Position numbers and translations under genes: made by a program. A DNA stretch of 32,000 nucleotides from NCBI RefSeq assembly GCF_003324675.1, contig NZ_CP030918.1, positions 2,820,001-2,852,000 of the forward strand. The letters run 5' to 3'. Within the stretch, counting starts at the first letter, position 1, and each line of letters opens with the position of its first letter. The notes below the pieces were generated by a model. That model worked only from the letters and a program-made list of their open reading frames with translations. It was not told the origin of the DNA and did no database searches. The stretch comes from Paracoccus suum (GTDB lineage Bacteria > Pseudomonadota > Alphaproteobacteria > Rhodobacterales > Rhodobacteraceae). Positions 1 to 8,779 of the stretch are shown in pieces.

Positions 1-242
1 GGCGCCATGCCCATCGCGGCGCCGAGCGCGATCCCGAGGACTGCGGCCAGCCCGGTCCCTGTCAGATAGACCCGCAGCGATGCAAGGATGGCGCTGTAAA
101 GCCGTCCCTCGCCCAGCATGACCTTTGCCGCCGCTAGCGTTTGCATCGGCGAGGCGAACAGGCCCTGCGGCATGCGCGCGGCGATCGCGGCCCACAGCGC
201 AATCAGCAGGACGAGGAGGATTACCCGGCCAAGCGCGATCAT
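1..242 (-). CDS. ABC transporter permease, N-terminal part only (gene runs off the window); binding-protein-dependent TauC/SsuC-like
   Basis: My reverse-strand translation from ATG 242..240 gives MIALGRVILLVLLIALWAAIAARMPQGLFASPMQTLAAAKVMLGEGRLYSAILASLRVYLTGTGLAAVLGIALGAAMGMA. This has the N-terminal pattern of NitT/TauT-type permeases. Third codon positions are GC-rich. The ATG overlaps the upstream ATPase stop (ATGA at 242..239). It is absent from the ORF track because it is open-ended. Confidence 0.6.
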   Translation of the reverse strand, partial: MIALGRVILLVLLIALWAAIAARMPQGLFASPMQTLAAAKVMLGEGRLYSAILASLRVYLTGTGLAAVLGIALGAAMGMA

Positions 243-1237
243 CGCCGACCGGCCCTGCGCCCGGCATCGCGCTGCGCCGCCCGCTCTCCATCGGCGCGGT
301 CCCGCAACGCGCGGCCGGTCAGCGACAGGAACACTCCCTCCAGCGTCGGCGCCTCGTAGCGCATTTCACTGAGACGATTGCCAAAGCGGGCGAGGAAATC
401 CGCGCCGAACTGATCGCCGCCGGCTGGAATGGCCAGTGCGCCGTCCTCCAAGACCCGCGCCTGCGGATAGGCCGCGATCAGCGCCTCGCGGTCATCGGGC
501 GAGGCAGGCTTCACGTGCAAAAAGGCATGGCCGAGCGTGGTCTTCAACTCATCCGGGGTGCCCTGCGCGATGATGCGCCCCTCGTCGATGATGCAGATCT
601 GGTCTGCGCCCTCGACCTCTTCGATGTAATGCGTGGTGGTCAGCAGCGTCAGCCCGCGTTCGCGGCGCATGGCGTTCAGGTAGACCCAGATGCGCGCGCG
701 GGTCTGCGCGTCAAGTCCGACGGTCGGCTCGTCCAGAAACAGGATCTGCGGGTCGTGCATCAGCGCCCGTGCAATCTCCAGCCGGCGCTTCATGCCACCG
801 GAAAAGCTGCGCACGATGCTCTCGCGCCAATCCTCCAGATCGACCAGCGCCAGCATTCGGTCGATGGCCTGCGCGCGCGCCCGCGGGCCCATGCCATAGA
901 CGCGTCCGTGAAAATCGAGGTTCTCCTCGGCCGACAGGCGATCGTCGAGGCTGGCGTCCTGAAACACCATGCCGATGGCCTTTCGGACCTTGAGCGGCGC
1001 CTTGACGACATCATGGCCCGCGACCTGCGCCAGCCCTCGGCCGGGGGGCAACAATGTCGCCAGCACCGACATGAGCGTCGTCTTGCCCGCCCCGTTCGGC
1101 CCCAGCAGCGCGAACGAACTGCCTGGCGCGACTGTCATCGACACATCGTCCAGCGCCAGCGTGCTGCCATAGCTGAGGGACAGGTCGCGGACCTGAACCG
1201 CGGGAGGTAACGAAGCTAGGGTCGGGATGCTGAACAT
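239..1237 (-). CDS. ABC transporter ATP-binding protein, ABC-2/DrrA-like subfamily with C-terminal accessory domain (332 aa)
   Basis: This is the C-terminal 332 aa of the 699-aa track ORF, starting at MFSIPTL (ATG = cat at 1235..1237). It has Walker A GPNGAGKTT, signature SGGMKRRLEIARAL, Walker B ILFLDEPTVGLD and an H-loop TTHYIEE. The upstream 367 aa of the track ORF are antisense to the next gene and are an artefact. Confidence 0.9.
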   Translation of the reverse strand: MFSIPTLASLPPAVQVRDLSLSYGSTLALDDVSMTVAPGSSFALLGPNGAGKTTLMSVLATLLPPGRGLAQVAGHDVVKAPLKVRKAIGMVFQDASLDDRLSAEENLDFHGRVYGMGPRARAQAIDRMLALVDLEDWRESIVRSFSGGMKRRLEIARALMHDPQILFLDEPTVGLDAQTRARIWVYLNAMRRERGLTLLTTTHYIEEVEGADQICIIDEGRIIAQGTPDELKTTLGHAFLHVKPASPDDREALIAAYPQARVLEDGALAIPAGGDQFGADFLARFGNRLSEMRYEAPTLEGVFLSLTGRALRDRADGERAAQRDAGRRAGRR

Positions 1238-1474
1238 TGATCTGCGAGGGCCCTTGCAGCCGCGCTGGCGCGGAAGGCTCGCCAGCACTGACCCGGCATA
1301 GCCCGCTATCGGGCGGCGCGAAAGCCCGCAGCGGCCGTGGCAGCGTGGCCGGGCTCCAGCGGGCGAAGCGCCGACATGCCAGCCACGCGCCCAACAAGAC
1401 GCCGCCCAACCGCGCTTTACACCAGCGCCGCCCTGCCCTTTTATCCTTACCCGACGTCGATCGAAGGGGGGCAC

Positions 1475-2299
1475 ATGAGCGATGGTCCAGACGAGGCCGT
1501 GCGGCTGGGCGATGTCACCATTGCCTTCCCGACGCCCGGCAACGGCGTGTTCACGGCGGTCGAGGGCGCCAACCTGACGGTGGCAAAAGGCGAGTTCGTG
1601 GCCATTGTCGGCCCGACCGGCTGCGGCAAGTCCACCTTGCTGAACGCGGCGGCGGGGCTGCTGCGGCCGGCCGCGGGCAGCGTCACCATCAAGGGCCGTC
1701 CCCTCGCAGGCCTCAATCGGGGCGCGGGTTACCTGTTCCAGTCGGACGCGCTGCTGCCGTGGAAAACCTCGCGCCAGAACGTCGCCCTGGGGCTGGAGGT
1801 TGCGGGCACGCCCCCCGCCAAGGCCCGCGCGCTGGCCGATGAGTGGCTGGCCCGGGTCGGCCTCGCCGGGTTCGGCGATCGCTGGCCGCACCTCCTGTCG
1901 GGAGGGCAGCGCAAGCGTGTTGCCATGGCACAGGTGCTGATCCGCCAGCCCGGCATCCTGCTGATGGACGAGCCTTTCGGCCCGCTGGACGCGCAGACCC
2001 GCCTGATCATGGGTGATCTGCTGCTCGATCTGTGGTCCGAGGACCGCAAGGCCGTCATGTTCGTGACCCATGACCTGGAGGAAGCAATCTCGCTGTCCGA
2101 CCGCGTGGTCATCATGTCCGCCGGTCCGTCCTCGCACATCATCGGCGATTTCCCGGTAAAGCTGGACCGCCCGCGAGAGATTGCCGACATCAAGCTGACG
2201 CCGGAGTTTCAGGCGATCCACCGCGAGATCTGGGCGCTGCTCCGTGCCGAGGTCATGAAGGCGTATACGCCGCGCGCGGCGCTGGGGGGCGCGGCATGA
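1475..2299 (+). CDS. ABC transporter ATP-binding protein, nitrate/sulfonate/taurine (NitT/TauT) family
   Basis: Starts at MSDGPDE (ATG 1475) behind the RBS gaaggggg (1463-1470). It has Walker A GPTGCGKST, signature LSGGQRKRV, Walker B LLMDEPFGPLD and THDLEEA. Its stop overlaps the next start (ATGA at 2296-2299). Confidence 0.9.
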   Translation: MSDGPDEAVRLGDVTIAFPTPGNGVFTAVEGANLTVAKGEFVAIVGPTGCGKSTLLNAAAGLLRPAAGSVTIKGRPLAGLNRGAGYLFQSDALLPWKTSRQNVALGLEVAGTPPAKARALADEWLARVGLAGFGDRWPHLLSGGQRKRVAMAQVLIRQPGILLMDEPFGPLDAQTRLIMGDLLLDLWSEDRKAVMFVTHDLEEAISLSDRVVIMSAGPSSHIIGDFPVKLDRPREIADIKLTPEFQAIHREIWALLRAEVMKAYTPRAALGGAA

Positions 2300-3084
2300 A
2301 CCGGCCCTTGCTGCTGGCAGCGCAGATTGCCGTCGCACTGGCCATCATCGGCGGCTGGCACCTCGCCTCGACCACGCATCTGCTGGGCGATCCGCGCAAG
2401 ATCGCGTTCTTCTTCTCGACGCCGCGCGACGTTTGGAACCAGATCGTCGCCTGGTTCACGGAAGGGTCGATCTGGCGACATCTGTGGATCACCCTGCTGG
2501 AGGCGATGCTGGCCTTTGCCATCGGCACCATCGCAGCGCTGATCCTGGGTTTCTGGTTCGCGCGCCGTCCGGTCGTGGCAGCCGTATTCGACCCCTATGT
2601 CAAGGCGGCGAACGCCCTGCCCCGCGTCGTGCTGGCCCCGATCTTTGCGCTGTGGTTCGGGCTTGGCATCTGGTCCAAGGTTGCCCTCGGCTTCACGCTC
2701 GTGTTCTTCATCGTCTTCTTCAACGTCTACCAAGGCGTGAAGGAGGTGAATCCGACGGTCCTCGCCAATGCCCGGATGCTGGGCATGAACGAGCGTCAGT
2801 TGCTGCGCCATGTCTACGTGCCCTCGGCTCTGGCTTGGGTGTTCTCGTCCCTGCACACCTCGATCGGCTTTGCCGTGGTGGGCGCGGTGGTCGGGGAATA
2901 CCTCGGGGCGTCGGCGGGGCTTGGCTACCTAATTTCGCAGGCCGAGGGGATGTTTGACATCGCCGGGGTGTTTGCCGGCATGGTGGTCCTGTCGGCTTTT
3001 GTGCTGCTGATCGATTACATGGTGACGCTGATCGAGCGTCGACTGCTGGTCTGGAAGCCCGCACCGGGCGGCGGGGACCGCTGA
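2296..3084 (+). CDS. ABC transporter permease, NitT/TauT family
   Basis: 262 aa, multi-pass and hydrophobic. It has the TauC/SsuC-like N-terminal pattern (GSIWRHLWITLLEAMLAFAIGTIAALILG) and an EAA-like region (ARMLGMNERQLLRHVYVPSA). It is translationally coupled to the ATPase. Confidence 0.9.
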   Translation: MNRPLLLAAQIAVALAIIGGWHLASTTHLLGDPRKIAFFFSTPRDVWNQIVAWFTEGSIWRHLWITLLEAMLAFAIGTIAALILGFWFARRPVVAAVFDPYVKAANALPRVVLAPIFALWFGLGIWSKVALGFTLVFFIVFFNVYQGVKEVNPTVLANARMLGMNERQLLRHVYVPSALAWVFSSLHTSIGFAVVGAVVGEYLGASAGLGYLISQAEGMFDIAGVFAGMVVLSAFVLLIDYMVTLIERRLLVWKPAPGGGDR

Positions 3085-3112
3085 GATTTTCCGAAGGGGG
3101 AGGGAAGGCAAG

Positions 3113-4111
3113 ATGACAAAACTGTGGATCGGCGCGGCGTTGGCTGCCGCCATGCTCGGCACGCCCGCGATGGCGGCCAAGGTGACGGTCGCTGTCGGGG
3201 GCCAGACCTGCCTGTGCTACCTGCCGGCGGTGTTGACCGAGGCGCTGGGCAATTTCGACAAGCACGGGGTCGAGGTCGATCTGGTCGATTTCAAGGGCGG
3301 CAGCCAGGCGCTCAAGGCAGTCGTCGGCGGCAGCGCCGATGTCGTGTCGGGCTATTTCGACCACACCGTCACCATGGCCGCCAAGCACCAACCGATGACT
3401 GCCTTTGTCGTGCAGGACCGCTATCCCGGCCTCGTTCTGGCCGTCGCGCCCAAGGCCAAGGACCAGATCAACACGGCGGCCGACCTTGCCGGCAAGACGG
3501 TCGGCGTCAGTGCCCCCGGCTCCTCCACCGACTATTTCCTGAAATACATGCTGGGCAAGAACGGCCTGCCGCGCGACGCCGCCTCGGTCGTCGGCGTGGG
3601 CGTCGGCGCGACCGCCGTCGCCGCGATGGAGCAGGGCCAGATCGACGCGGCGGTCCTGCTGGACCCGGCGGTCACGATGGTCCAGGCCAGCTATCCCGAC
3701 ATGAAGGTGCTGGTCGACACCCGCAACCAGGCCGACACCAACAGCCTGTTCGGCGGCGACTATCCGGGGGGCGTCCTTTATGCGCCGGCCGATTGGGTGA
3801 AGTCCAACCCAGACACGGTCAAAGCGATGGCCGCAGCCGTGGTCGAAACGCTGCAATGGATCAAGGACCACAGCGCCGAGGAGATCGCCGACAAGATGCC
3901 GGCCGAGGTGGTTGGCAGCGACCGCGCCGCCTACGTCAAGGCGCTCGAGGCAAGCCGCGCGATCTTTTCCGAGACCGGCATAATGGACCCTAAGGGCGCC
4001 GAGGCCGTGTTGACGGTCTTTGCCGAGGGCGATCCGTCCATCGCCGCCGCCAAGATCGAAGTCAGCACCGCCTATGACAACAGTTATGCCGAGGCTGCTG
4101 CCACCAAGTGA
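3113..4111 (+). CDS. ABC transporter substrate-binding protein (NMT1/THI5-like, NitT/TauT family), secreted
   Basis: The signal peptide is MTKLWIGAALAAAMLGTPAMAAK. Its size (332 aa) and position after the ATPase and permease fit this class. An RBS gggggaggga lies upstream. The substrate cannot be inferred. Confidence 0.85.
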   Translation: MTKLWIGAALAAAMLGTPAMAAKVTVAVGGQTCLCYLPAVLTEALGNFDKHGVEVDLVDFKGGSQALKAVVGGSADVVSGYFDHTVTMAAKHQPMTAFVVQDRYPGLVLAVAPKAKDQINTAADLAGKTVGVSAPGSSTDYFLKYMLGKNGLPRDAASVVGVGVGATAVAAMEQGQIDAAVLLDPAVTMVQASYPDMKVLVDTRNQADTNSLFGGDYPGGVLYAPADWVKSNPDTVKAMAAAVVETLQWIKDHSAEEIADKMPAEVVGSDRAAYVKALEASRAIFSETGIMDPKGAEAVLTVFAEGDPSIAAAKIEVSTAYDNSYAEAAATK

Positions 4112-4119
4112 CGCACGAA

Positions 4120-4150
4120 CGGCGCCGGCCATGGCCGGCGTCGGGGTTTT
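4120..4150 (+). terminator. Rho-independent terminator between convergent ABC operon and aroB
   Basis: An 18-nt perfect palindrome cgccggccatggccggcg (4123-4140) is extendable by flanking pairs. It is followed by ggggtttt. Confidence 0.6.
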
Positions 4151-4181
4151 CGCGTCCAAAAAGCGGTCGCGCCCCGCTCCT

Positions 4182-5291
4182 CTAGCGGGCGGCGGCGAGC
4201 GTCGCCGCCACCGCCTCCATGGGCACATCATCCGCCACGAACGCATCGCCGATGTCGCGGGCGAGAACAAAGCGCAGCTTGCCGTCCTTGACCTTCTTGT
4301 CCTGCCCCATCAACGCGATCAGCGCCGCGTCGTCCGGCAGGCCCGGAACATCGGCGAGGCGCGAGGGCAGGCCCATCGCCGCCAGATGCGCCGCGACGCG
4401 CGACGGCGCCTCCTGCGGGCAAAGGCCCAGCCGAGCCGACAGGTCAAAGGCCAGCGCGCAACCGATGGCCACCCCCTCGCCATGCAGCAGGCGCGCGCCG
4501 TCATAGCCGGTCGCCGCTTCCAGCGCGTGGCCGAAGGTGTGGCCCAGGTTCAGCAACGCGCGCTCGCCCTCCTCGGTCTCATCGCGGGCGACGACCCCGG
4601 CTTTCATCTCGACCCCACGCGCGACGGCGCGCACCAGCGCCGCCGGATCGCTTGCAAGGCCGGGTCCCGCGCCCTCAAGCCAGGTAAAGAACGCCGCATC
4701 GCCCAGCAGCCCGTATTTCACTACCTCGCCATAGCCCGCCCGAAAATCGCGCGGCGCAAGGGTGCCCAGCACGGCCGTGTCTGCCAGCACCAGCGAGGGC
4801 TGGTGGAACGCACCGATCAGGTTCTTGCCGGCGGGCGAGTTGATGCCGGTCTTGCCGCCGACGCTGCTGTCGACCTGCGCCAGTAGAGTGGTCGGCAACT
4901 GCACAAAACGCACCCCTCGGCGCAGGATCGCGGCCGCGAAACCGGCCAGATCGCCGATCACCCCGCCGCCAAAGGCCAGCACCAGCCCGCCCCGCTCGAC
5001 CTGCGCCGCCAGCAGCCATTCGACCACGCGCTGCAGCGAGGCCCAACCCTTGGTCGCCTCGCCCGGTGGCAGGGCCAACGTCTTGTGGGCGATCCCGGCG
5101 TGGTCCAGGGCTTCCTCCAGCGCCGGCAGATGCAGCGCGGCGACCGTCTCGTCGGTGACGATCGCAACCCGCGGCCGGCGCAGCAGCGGCGCGATGGCGG
5201 TGCCGGCCTCGGCCAGCAGGCCCGGGGCGATACGCACCTCGTAGCTGCGCGGCCCGAGGTCGACGGGAACGGTGGTCAGACTGACGGTCAT
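4182..5291 (-). CDS. aroB: 3-dehydroquinate synthase
   Basis: 369 aa starting at MTVSLTTVPV (cat 5289..5291). Motifs include GGGVIGDLAGFAAA, QLPTTLLAQVDSSVGGKTGIN and LNLGHTFGHALE. The rest of the 953-aa track ORF is an upstream artefact. Confidence 0.95.
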   Translation of the reverse strand: MTVSLTTVPVDLGPRSYEVRIAPGLLAEAGTAIAPLLRRPRVAIVTDETVAALHLPALEEALDHAGIAHKTLALPPGEATKGWASLQRVVEWLLAAQVERGGLVLAFGGGVIGDLAGFAAAILRRGVRFVQLPTTLLAQVDSSVGGKTGINSPAGKNLIGAFHQPSLVLADTAVLGTLAPRDFRAGYGEVVKYGLLGDAAFFTWLEGAGPGLASDPAALVRAVARGVEMKAGVVARDETEEGERALLNLGHTFGHALEAATGYDGARLLHGEGVAIGCALAFDLSARLGLCPQEAPSRVAAHLAAMGLPSRLADVPGLPDDAALIALMGQDKKVKDGKLRFVLARDIGDAFVADDVPMEAVAATLAAAR

Positions 5292-5818
5292 GCGAAAAAT
5301 CCGGGTGAATGGGCGTTGACGGCCAGGCGCAGGGCGCGGGCAGTCGTCTCGACCGTGTCGGCGGCGCTGACCGGCAGGTGCAGCGCGGCCTGGGCATAGA
5401 CGGGACGGCGCGCCTCCAGCAGCGCCTTCAGGGTCGCGCGTGGATTTTCGGTCGCGAGCAAAGGCCGGCCGGGACGCGCGCGGACCCGCGACCACAGCAC
5501 CTCCAGCGGAGGATCCAGCCAGACGGAAAGGCCCGCAGCCTCGATCCGGGCCCGGTTCTCGGCCCTCATCCAGGCGCCCCCGCCGACTGACAGCAGGGTC
5601 GGCGGGCCGGCCAGCAGGCGGGCAATGACTTCGGCCTCGCGGGCGCGAAAGAAATCCTCGCCGTCGCGGGCGAATATCTCGGGGATGGACATGGCTGCGG
5701 CGCGTTCGATCTCGACGTCGCTGTCGTGGAAAGGCAGGCCGAGCTCGCGCGCCAGCTCTGCACCCACGGCGGTCTTGCCCGCACCCATCATGCCGATCAG
5801 CGTGATCGCGCGCTGCAT
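5288..5818 (-). CDS. aroK: shikimate kinase
   Basis: 176 aa starting at MQRAITLIGMMGAGKTAVG (P-loop), with DSD and GGGA motifs. Its stop overlaps the aroB start (ATGA at 5291..5288). Confidence 0.95.
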   Translation of the reverse strand: MQRAITLIGMMGAGKTAVGAELARELGLPFHDSDVEIERAAAMSIPEIFARDGEDFFRAREAEVIARLLAGPPTLLSVGGGAWMRAENRARIEAAGLSVWLDPPLEVLWSRVRARPGRPLLATENPRATLKALLEARRPVYAQAALHLPVSAADTVETTARALRLAVNAHSPGFFA

Positions 5819-5947
5819 TCCTGTCCCCGGTGTCCCTCTCGTCCCTGCCGTCCGCGCGGCGGGTGGTGCGTGTAATGACGTGCCCTTTCCCGAAATGCCA
5901 GTTATATTCCCCGCAGGCCGGCGCAGACCGGAAGGGCAAAGGGCAGT

Positions 5948-6181
5948 GTGATGCGGGTTTTGAAGGTGATCGTGGCGCTGGCGATTCTCGCTGTCGCGGG
6001 CTTGGCGGGGTTCGCCTATTTCGGCGAAATGGACCCCGAGCCGCGCGAGACGCGGATCCCGGTGACGCTGAAGCTCCAGCCGCCCGAAGAAGCTCCGATA
6101 GCGCCGGTGCCGGCTGTACCCGCCCCAGCGAGTGTCCAGCCCGACACCCCCGCGGCCGCCGGCGCCGATGCGCTGGATTAA
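5948..6181 (+). CDS. small single-pass membrane protein with Pro/Ala-rich tail (77 aa), hypothetical
   Basis: MMRVLKVIVALAILAVAGLAGFAYFG is a clear N-terminal TM helix, followed by a PPEEAPIAPVPAVPAP tail. The gene is divergent from aroK and overlaps the next ORF by 14 nt. I recognise no family. Confidence 0.45.
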   Translation: MMRVLKVIVALAILAVAGLAGFAYFGEMDPEPRETRIPVTLKLQPPEEAPIAPVPAVPAPASVQPDTPAAAGADALD

Positions 6182-7787
6182 ACCCGCCCCGGCGCTGACG
6201 GCTGCGCTGCTGATCGCATCTGCGCCGGCTGGCGCCGCGCCGTTGGCGGCCAGCGACTTGCTTAAGGGCGGCGCAGCCCCAGGCTCGCCGGTCTCTGCCT
6301 GGCGCCCCGGCGATCCCATCCCACGCGAGGCCGGGCGCCGCGCGCCGCGCAGGCCGGCCGATCTGGGCAATGATACCGTCGCAACCGATGTGCGCGTGCC
6401 CCCGGTCGGGGTGCGCCGCCTCGACGGGCCAGATGCGGACCGTGCCGGGACCGTCTCGGCCCATGCCGCTGGCCTGCCGCGCGATCTGTGGGCCGGGGCC
6501 GATGGCGCCGCGGTCACGCAGGCAATCAACGACGCCCGCCCCCGCCTGCCGGCCACCCAGCGGGCGCTGCGGGCGATCCTCGTCGCGCAGCTCGACCCAC
6601 CGCAAAGTGGGACCGGCGGGTCCGTTACAGCTGCCGGCCAGTTGTTCCTCGCGCGCGTCGACCGTCTGCTGGCCCTCGGGGCGGTCGATGCCGCAACCCA
6701 GCTGATGGATGCCGCCGGACCTGGCGATGCGCAGCGTCAGCGTCGCCGCTTTGACGCCGCCCTGCTGATCGGCGACGAGGGCCGCGCCTGCGAGGCGATG
6801 GCCGCGCGGCCCGGGGCGGCGCCCGACATGGCCGCCCGCCTCTTTTGCCTCGCGCGCAGTGGCGACTGGGCCGCCGCCGCCCTCGGCCTGCGCGGGGCCG
6901 AGGCGATGAACCTGATCGAGCCGGGGATTGCCGCGCGCTTGGCCGCTTTCCTCGACGATGCCGGCACCGATGCGGGAACCGAGGTTCCGCCGCCCGACCC
7001 GGTGACGCCGCTCGATTTCCGGTTGCTTGCCGCGATCGGCCAACCGCTGCCGACCACCGAGCTGCCGCCAGCCTTCGCCTATGCCGATCTGGTCCCCGAG
7101 GGCGGCTGGAAGGCGCGTCTCGATGCGGCCGAGCGGCTGGCGCGCCTTGGCAGCCTCGCCCCCACGCGGCTGCGCGATATCTATGGCGAGGAACGCCCGG
7201 CGGCCTCGGGCGGGGTCTGGGACCGAGTTTCAGCGATGCAGGCGCTGGACGCCGCGCTGGATGCGCAAGGCCCAAGCGCGGTCGCGGCGGCCCTGCCCCG
7301 CGCCATCGACAAGATGGGCGCCGCGGGCCTGACCGCCCCGCTGGCAGCGATGGTCGTGCCCGAACTGCTTCGCATGCAGTTGCCGGGCGATGCGGGCCGG
7401 CAGGCGCTGCACCTCGCCCTTTACGAGGCCGACATCCTCGGGCCCAAGGTCTTCGCCGCCCTTCCCGAGCCGGGCGACCCGGCAGATGTCTGGCTGCTGG
7501 CGGTTGCCCGGCAGGCGCCGCTGCCGCCGCAAGGCGCCCCGACTGAACCACTGGGCGCGGCGCTCGCTGCTGCGCTTACGGGTCCGGCAGAGCCCCATCC
7601 GACCGGCGAGGCAGCCGGCCTTGCACTGCTGCGCGCACTGGCCGATGTGGATGCCGGCCTGGATGGTGACATCGCCAGAGCCGAAAAGGGCGTGCGCACC
7701 CTCCGCGCGTTGGGGCGCGAGGCGACGGCTCGCGGCGCGGCGCTGCAACTGATCCTCGCCCCCGCCCTGAAGGCGCAACGGGGATGA
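6168..7787 (+). CDS. secreted Ala/Leu-rich (probably all-helical) protein of unknown function (about 539 aa)
   Basis: I prefer the start MRWIKPAPALTAALLIASAPAGAAP (ATG 6168), which gives a Sec-type signal peptide; the track start is 6132. GC3 is strong throughout. The stop overlaps the xerD start (ATGA 7784-7787). I recognise no motif. Confidence 0.7.
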   Translation: MRWIKPAPALTAALLIASAPAGAAPLAASDLLKGGAAPGSPVSAWRPGDPIPREAGRRAPRRPADLGNDTVATDVRVPPVGVRRLDGPDADRAGTVSAHAAGLPRDLWAGADGAAVTQAINDARPRLPATQRALRAILVAQLDPPQSGTGGSVTAAGQLFLARVDRLLALGAVDAATQLMDAAGPGDAQRQRRRFDAALLIGDEGRACEAMAARPGAAPDMAARLFCLARSGDWAAAALGLRGAEAMNLIEPGIAARLAAFLDDAGTDAGTEVPPPDPVTPLDFRLLAAIGQPLPTTELPPAFAYADLVPEGGWKARLDAAERLARLGSLAPTRLRDIYGEERPAASGGVWDRVSAMQALDAALDAQGPSAVAAALPRAIDKMGAAGLTAPLAAMVVPELLRMQLPGDAGRQALHLALYEADILGPKVFAALPEPGDPADVWLLAVARQAPLPPQGAPTEPLGAALAAALTGPAEPHPTGEAAGLALLRALADVDAGLDGDIARAEKGVRTLRALGREATARGAALQLILAPALKAQRG

Positions 7788-8749
7788 CCGACCGTGCCGG
7801 CGCACCTCGCGCCAGTGATGCGCGGCTGATCTCGACCTTCCTCGAGGCGCAATCGGCCGAGTCGGGCGCCGCCGCCAACACCCTGCTGGCCTATGGCCGC
7901 GATCTGAGCGCTTTGTCGGCCTGGTGCGCGCGGAAGGACTGGACCTTGGGCGATCTGACCCGCGAGCGGATCGAGGCCTGGCTGGCCGATTGCGAGGCCG
8001 AGGGGCTGTCGCGCGCCACCCGCGCCCGGCGGCTGTCCTCGGTCCGGCAGTTCAGCCGCTTTGCCCTGACCGAAGGCTGGCGGCCCGACGATCCCGCCAT
8101 CCGCATCTCTGGCCCCGGCCGCAGCCCGCGCCTGCCGCGCACCCTGTCGCAGGCCGAAGTCGCGGCGCTGATTGCCGCTACACCCCAGGTCGGTCGGGGC
8201 GAGACCGAGCGCCTGCGCAACGCCGCCGCGCTCGAACTGCTATATGCGACCGGCATGCGCGTCACCGAGTTGGTGACGCTGCCGGTCGCGGCGGCGCGGG
8301 GCCAGCCGCAGGTGCTGCTGATCCGCGGCAAGGGGAACAAGGACCGCATGGTGCCGCTGACAACCGCCGCTGGCGCCGCGATGGCAGTCTGGCTGTCGCA
8401 TCGCGACGCGGCGGCCGAAGGCTCTGCGCTTGGCAAGCTGACCCACGGTCCGCAAGGCCGCTGGCTGTTTCCTGCCGCCTCGGCGGACGGACACATGACC
8501 CGTCAGGCGATGGCCGCCGTGCTGCGCCAGCTGGCATTGCGCGCCGGCATAGACCCGGCACGGGTCACGCCGCATGTACTACGCCACGCCTTTGCGACCC
8601 ATCTGCTGGAGGGCGGGGCCGATCTGCGCGTCATCCAGGTGCTGCTGGGCCACGCCGATCTGGGCACGACCGAGATCTATACCCATGTCGTCGATGCCCG
8701 GCTGCGCGAGTTGGTGCTGACGCACCATCCCCTCGCCACCGGGAAATAG
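7784..8749 (+). CDS. xerD: site-specific tyrosine recombinase XerD
   Basis: The sequence is colinear with E. coli XerD. Shared motifs are NTLLAYGRDL, LELLYATGMRVTELV, GKGNKDRMVPL, HVLRHAFATHLLEGGADLRVIQVLLGHADLGTTEIYTHV and a C-terminal HHP. Confidence 0.93.
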   Translation: MTDRAGAPRASDARLISTFLEAQSAESGAAANTLLAYGRDLSALSAWCARKDWTLGDLTRERIEAWLADCEAEGLSRATRARRLSSVRQFSRFALTEGWRPDDPAIRISGPGRSPRLPRTLSQAEVAALIAATPQVGRGETERLRNAAALELLYATGMRVTELVTLPVAAARGQPQVLLIRGKGNKDRMVPLTTAAGAAMAVWLSHRDAAAEGSALGKLTHGPQGRWLFPAASADGHMTRQAMAAVLRQLALRAGIDPARVTPHVLRHAFATHLLEGGADLRVIQVLLGHADLGTTEIYTHVVDARLRELVLTHHPLATGK

Positions 8750-8773
8750 CGCCCGACGCTGCCGCCGGGCGCT
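8748..8773. terminator. hairpin between convergent xerD and NCS2 permease genes
   Basis: agcgcccg (8748-8755) pairs with cgggcgct (8766-8773) around a 10-nt loop. There is no clear U-run. Confidence 0.4.
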
Positions 8774-8779
8774 CGCAGG

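Noticed and set aside
1238-1474. TPP riboswitch upstream of the NMT1/THI5-like ABC importer (ThiXYZ-type HMP uptake)
   Set aside because: No CTGAGA or ACCCTTTGAACCTGA-type THI-box elements occur in the leader, so a thiamine-precursor role cannot be supported from the sequence.
1238-2338. N-terminal 367-aa extension of the 699-aa minus-strand track ORF (239..2338)
   Set aside because: It runs antisense to the well-supported NitT/TauT ATPase gene and is Arg/Ala/Gly-rich nonsense typical of high-GC off-frames. The ABC-2 ATPase has a clean ATG at 1237.
2720-4270. 516-aa minus-strand ORF antisense to the permease and SBP genes
   Set aside because: It has no recognisable motifs and an R/G/A/P-rich composition. 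It overlaps two confidently called plus-strand genes and is a high-GC artefact.
6132-6181. Possibility that the 77-aa ORF and the 551-aa ORF are one gene split by a frameshift
   Set aside because: The downstream ORF has its own ATG (6168) and a good Sec signal peptide, so two genes are sufficient. A sequencing frameshift cannot be excluded without more data.
5292-7043. Upstream extensions of the aroB (953 aa) and aroK (422 aa) track ORFs across the divergent region
   Set aside because: Both enzymes start at internal ATGs that give canonical lengths (369 and 176 aa). The extensions are low-complexity and run antisense to the plus-strand hypothetical genes.
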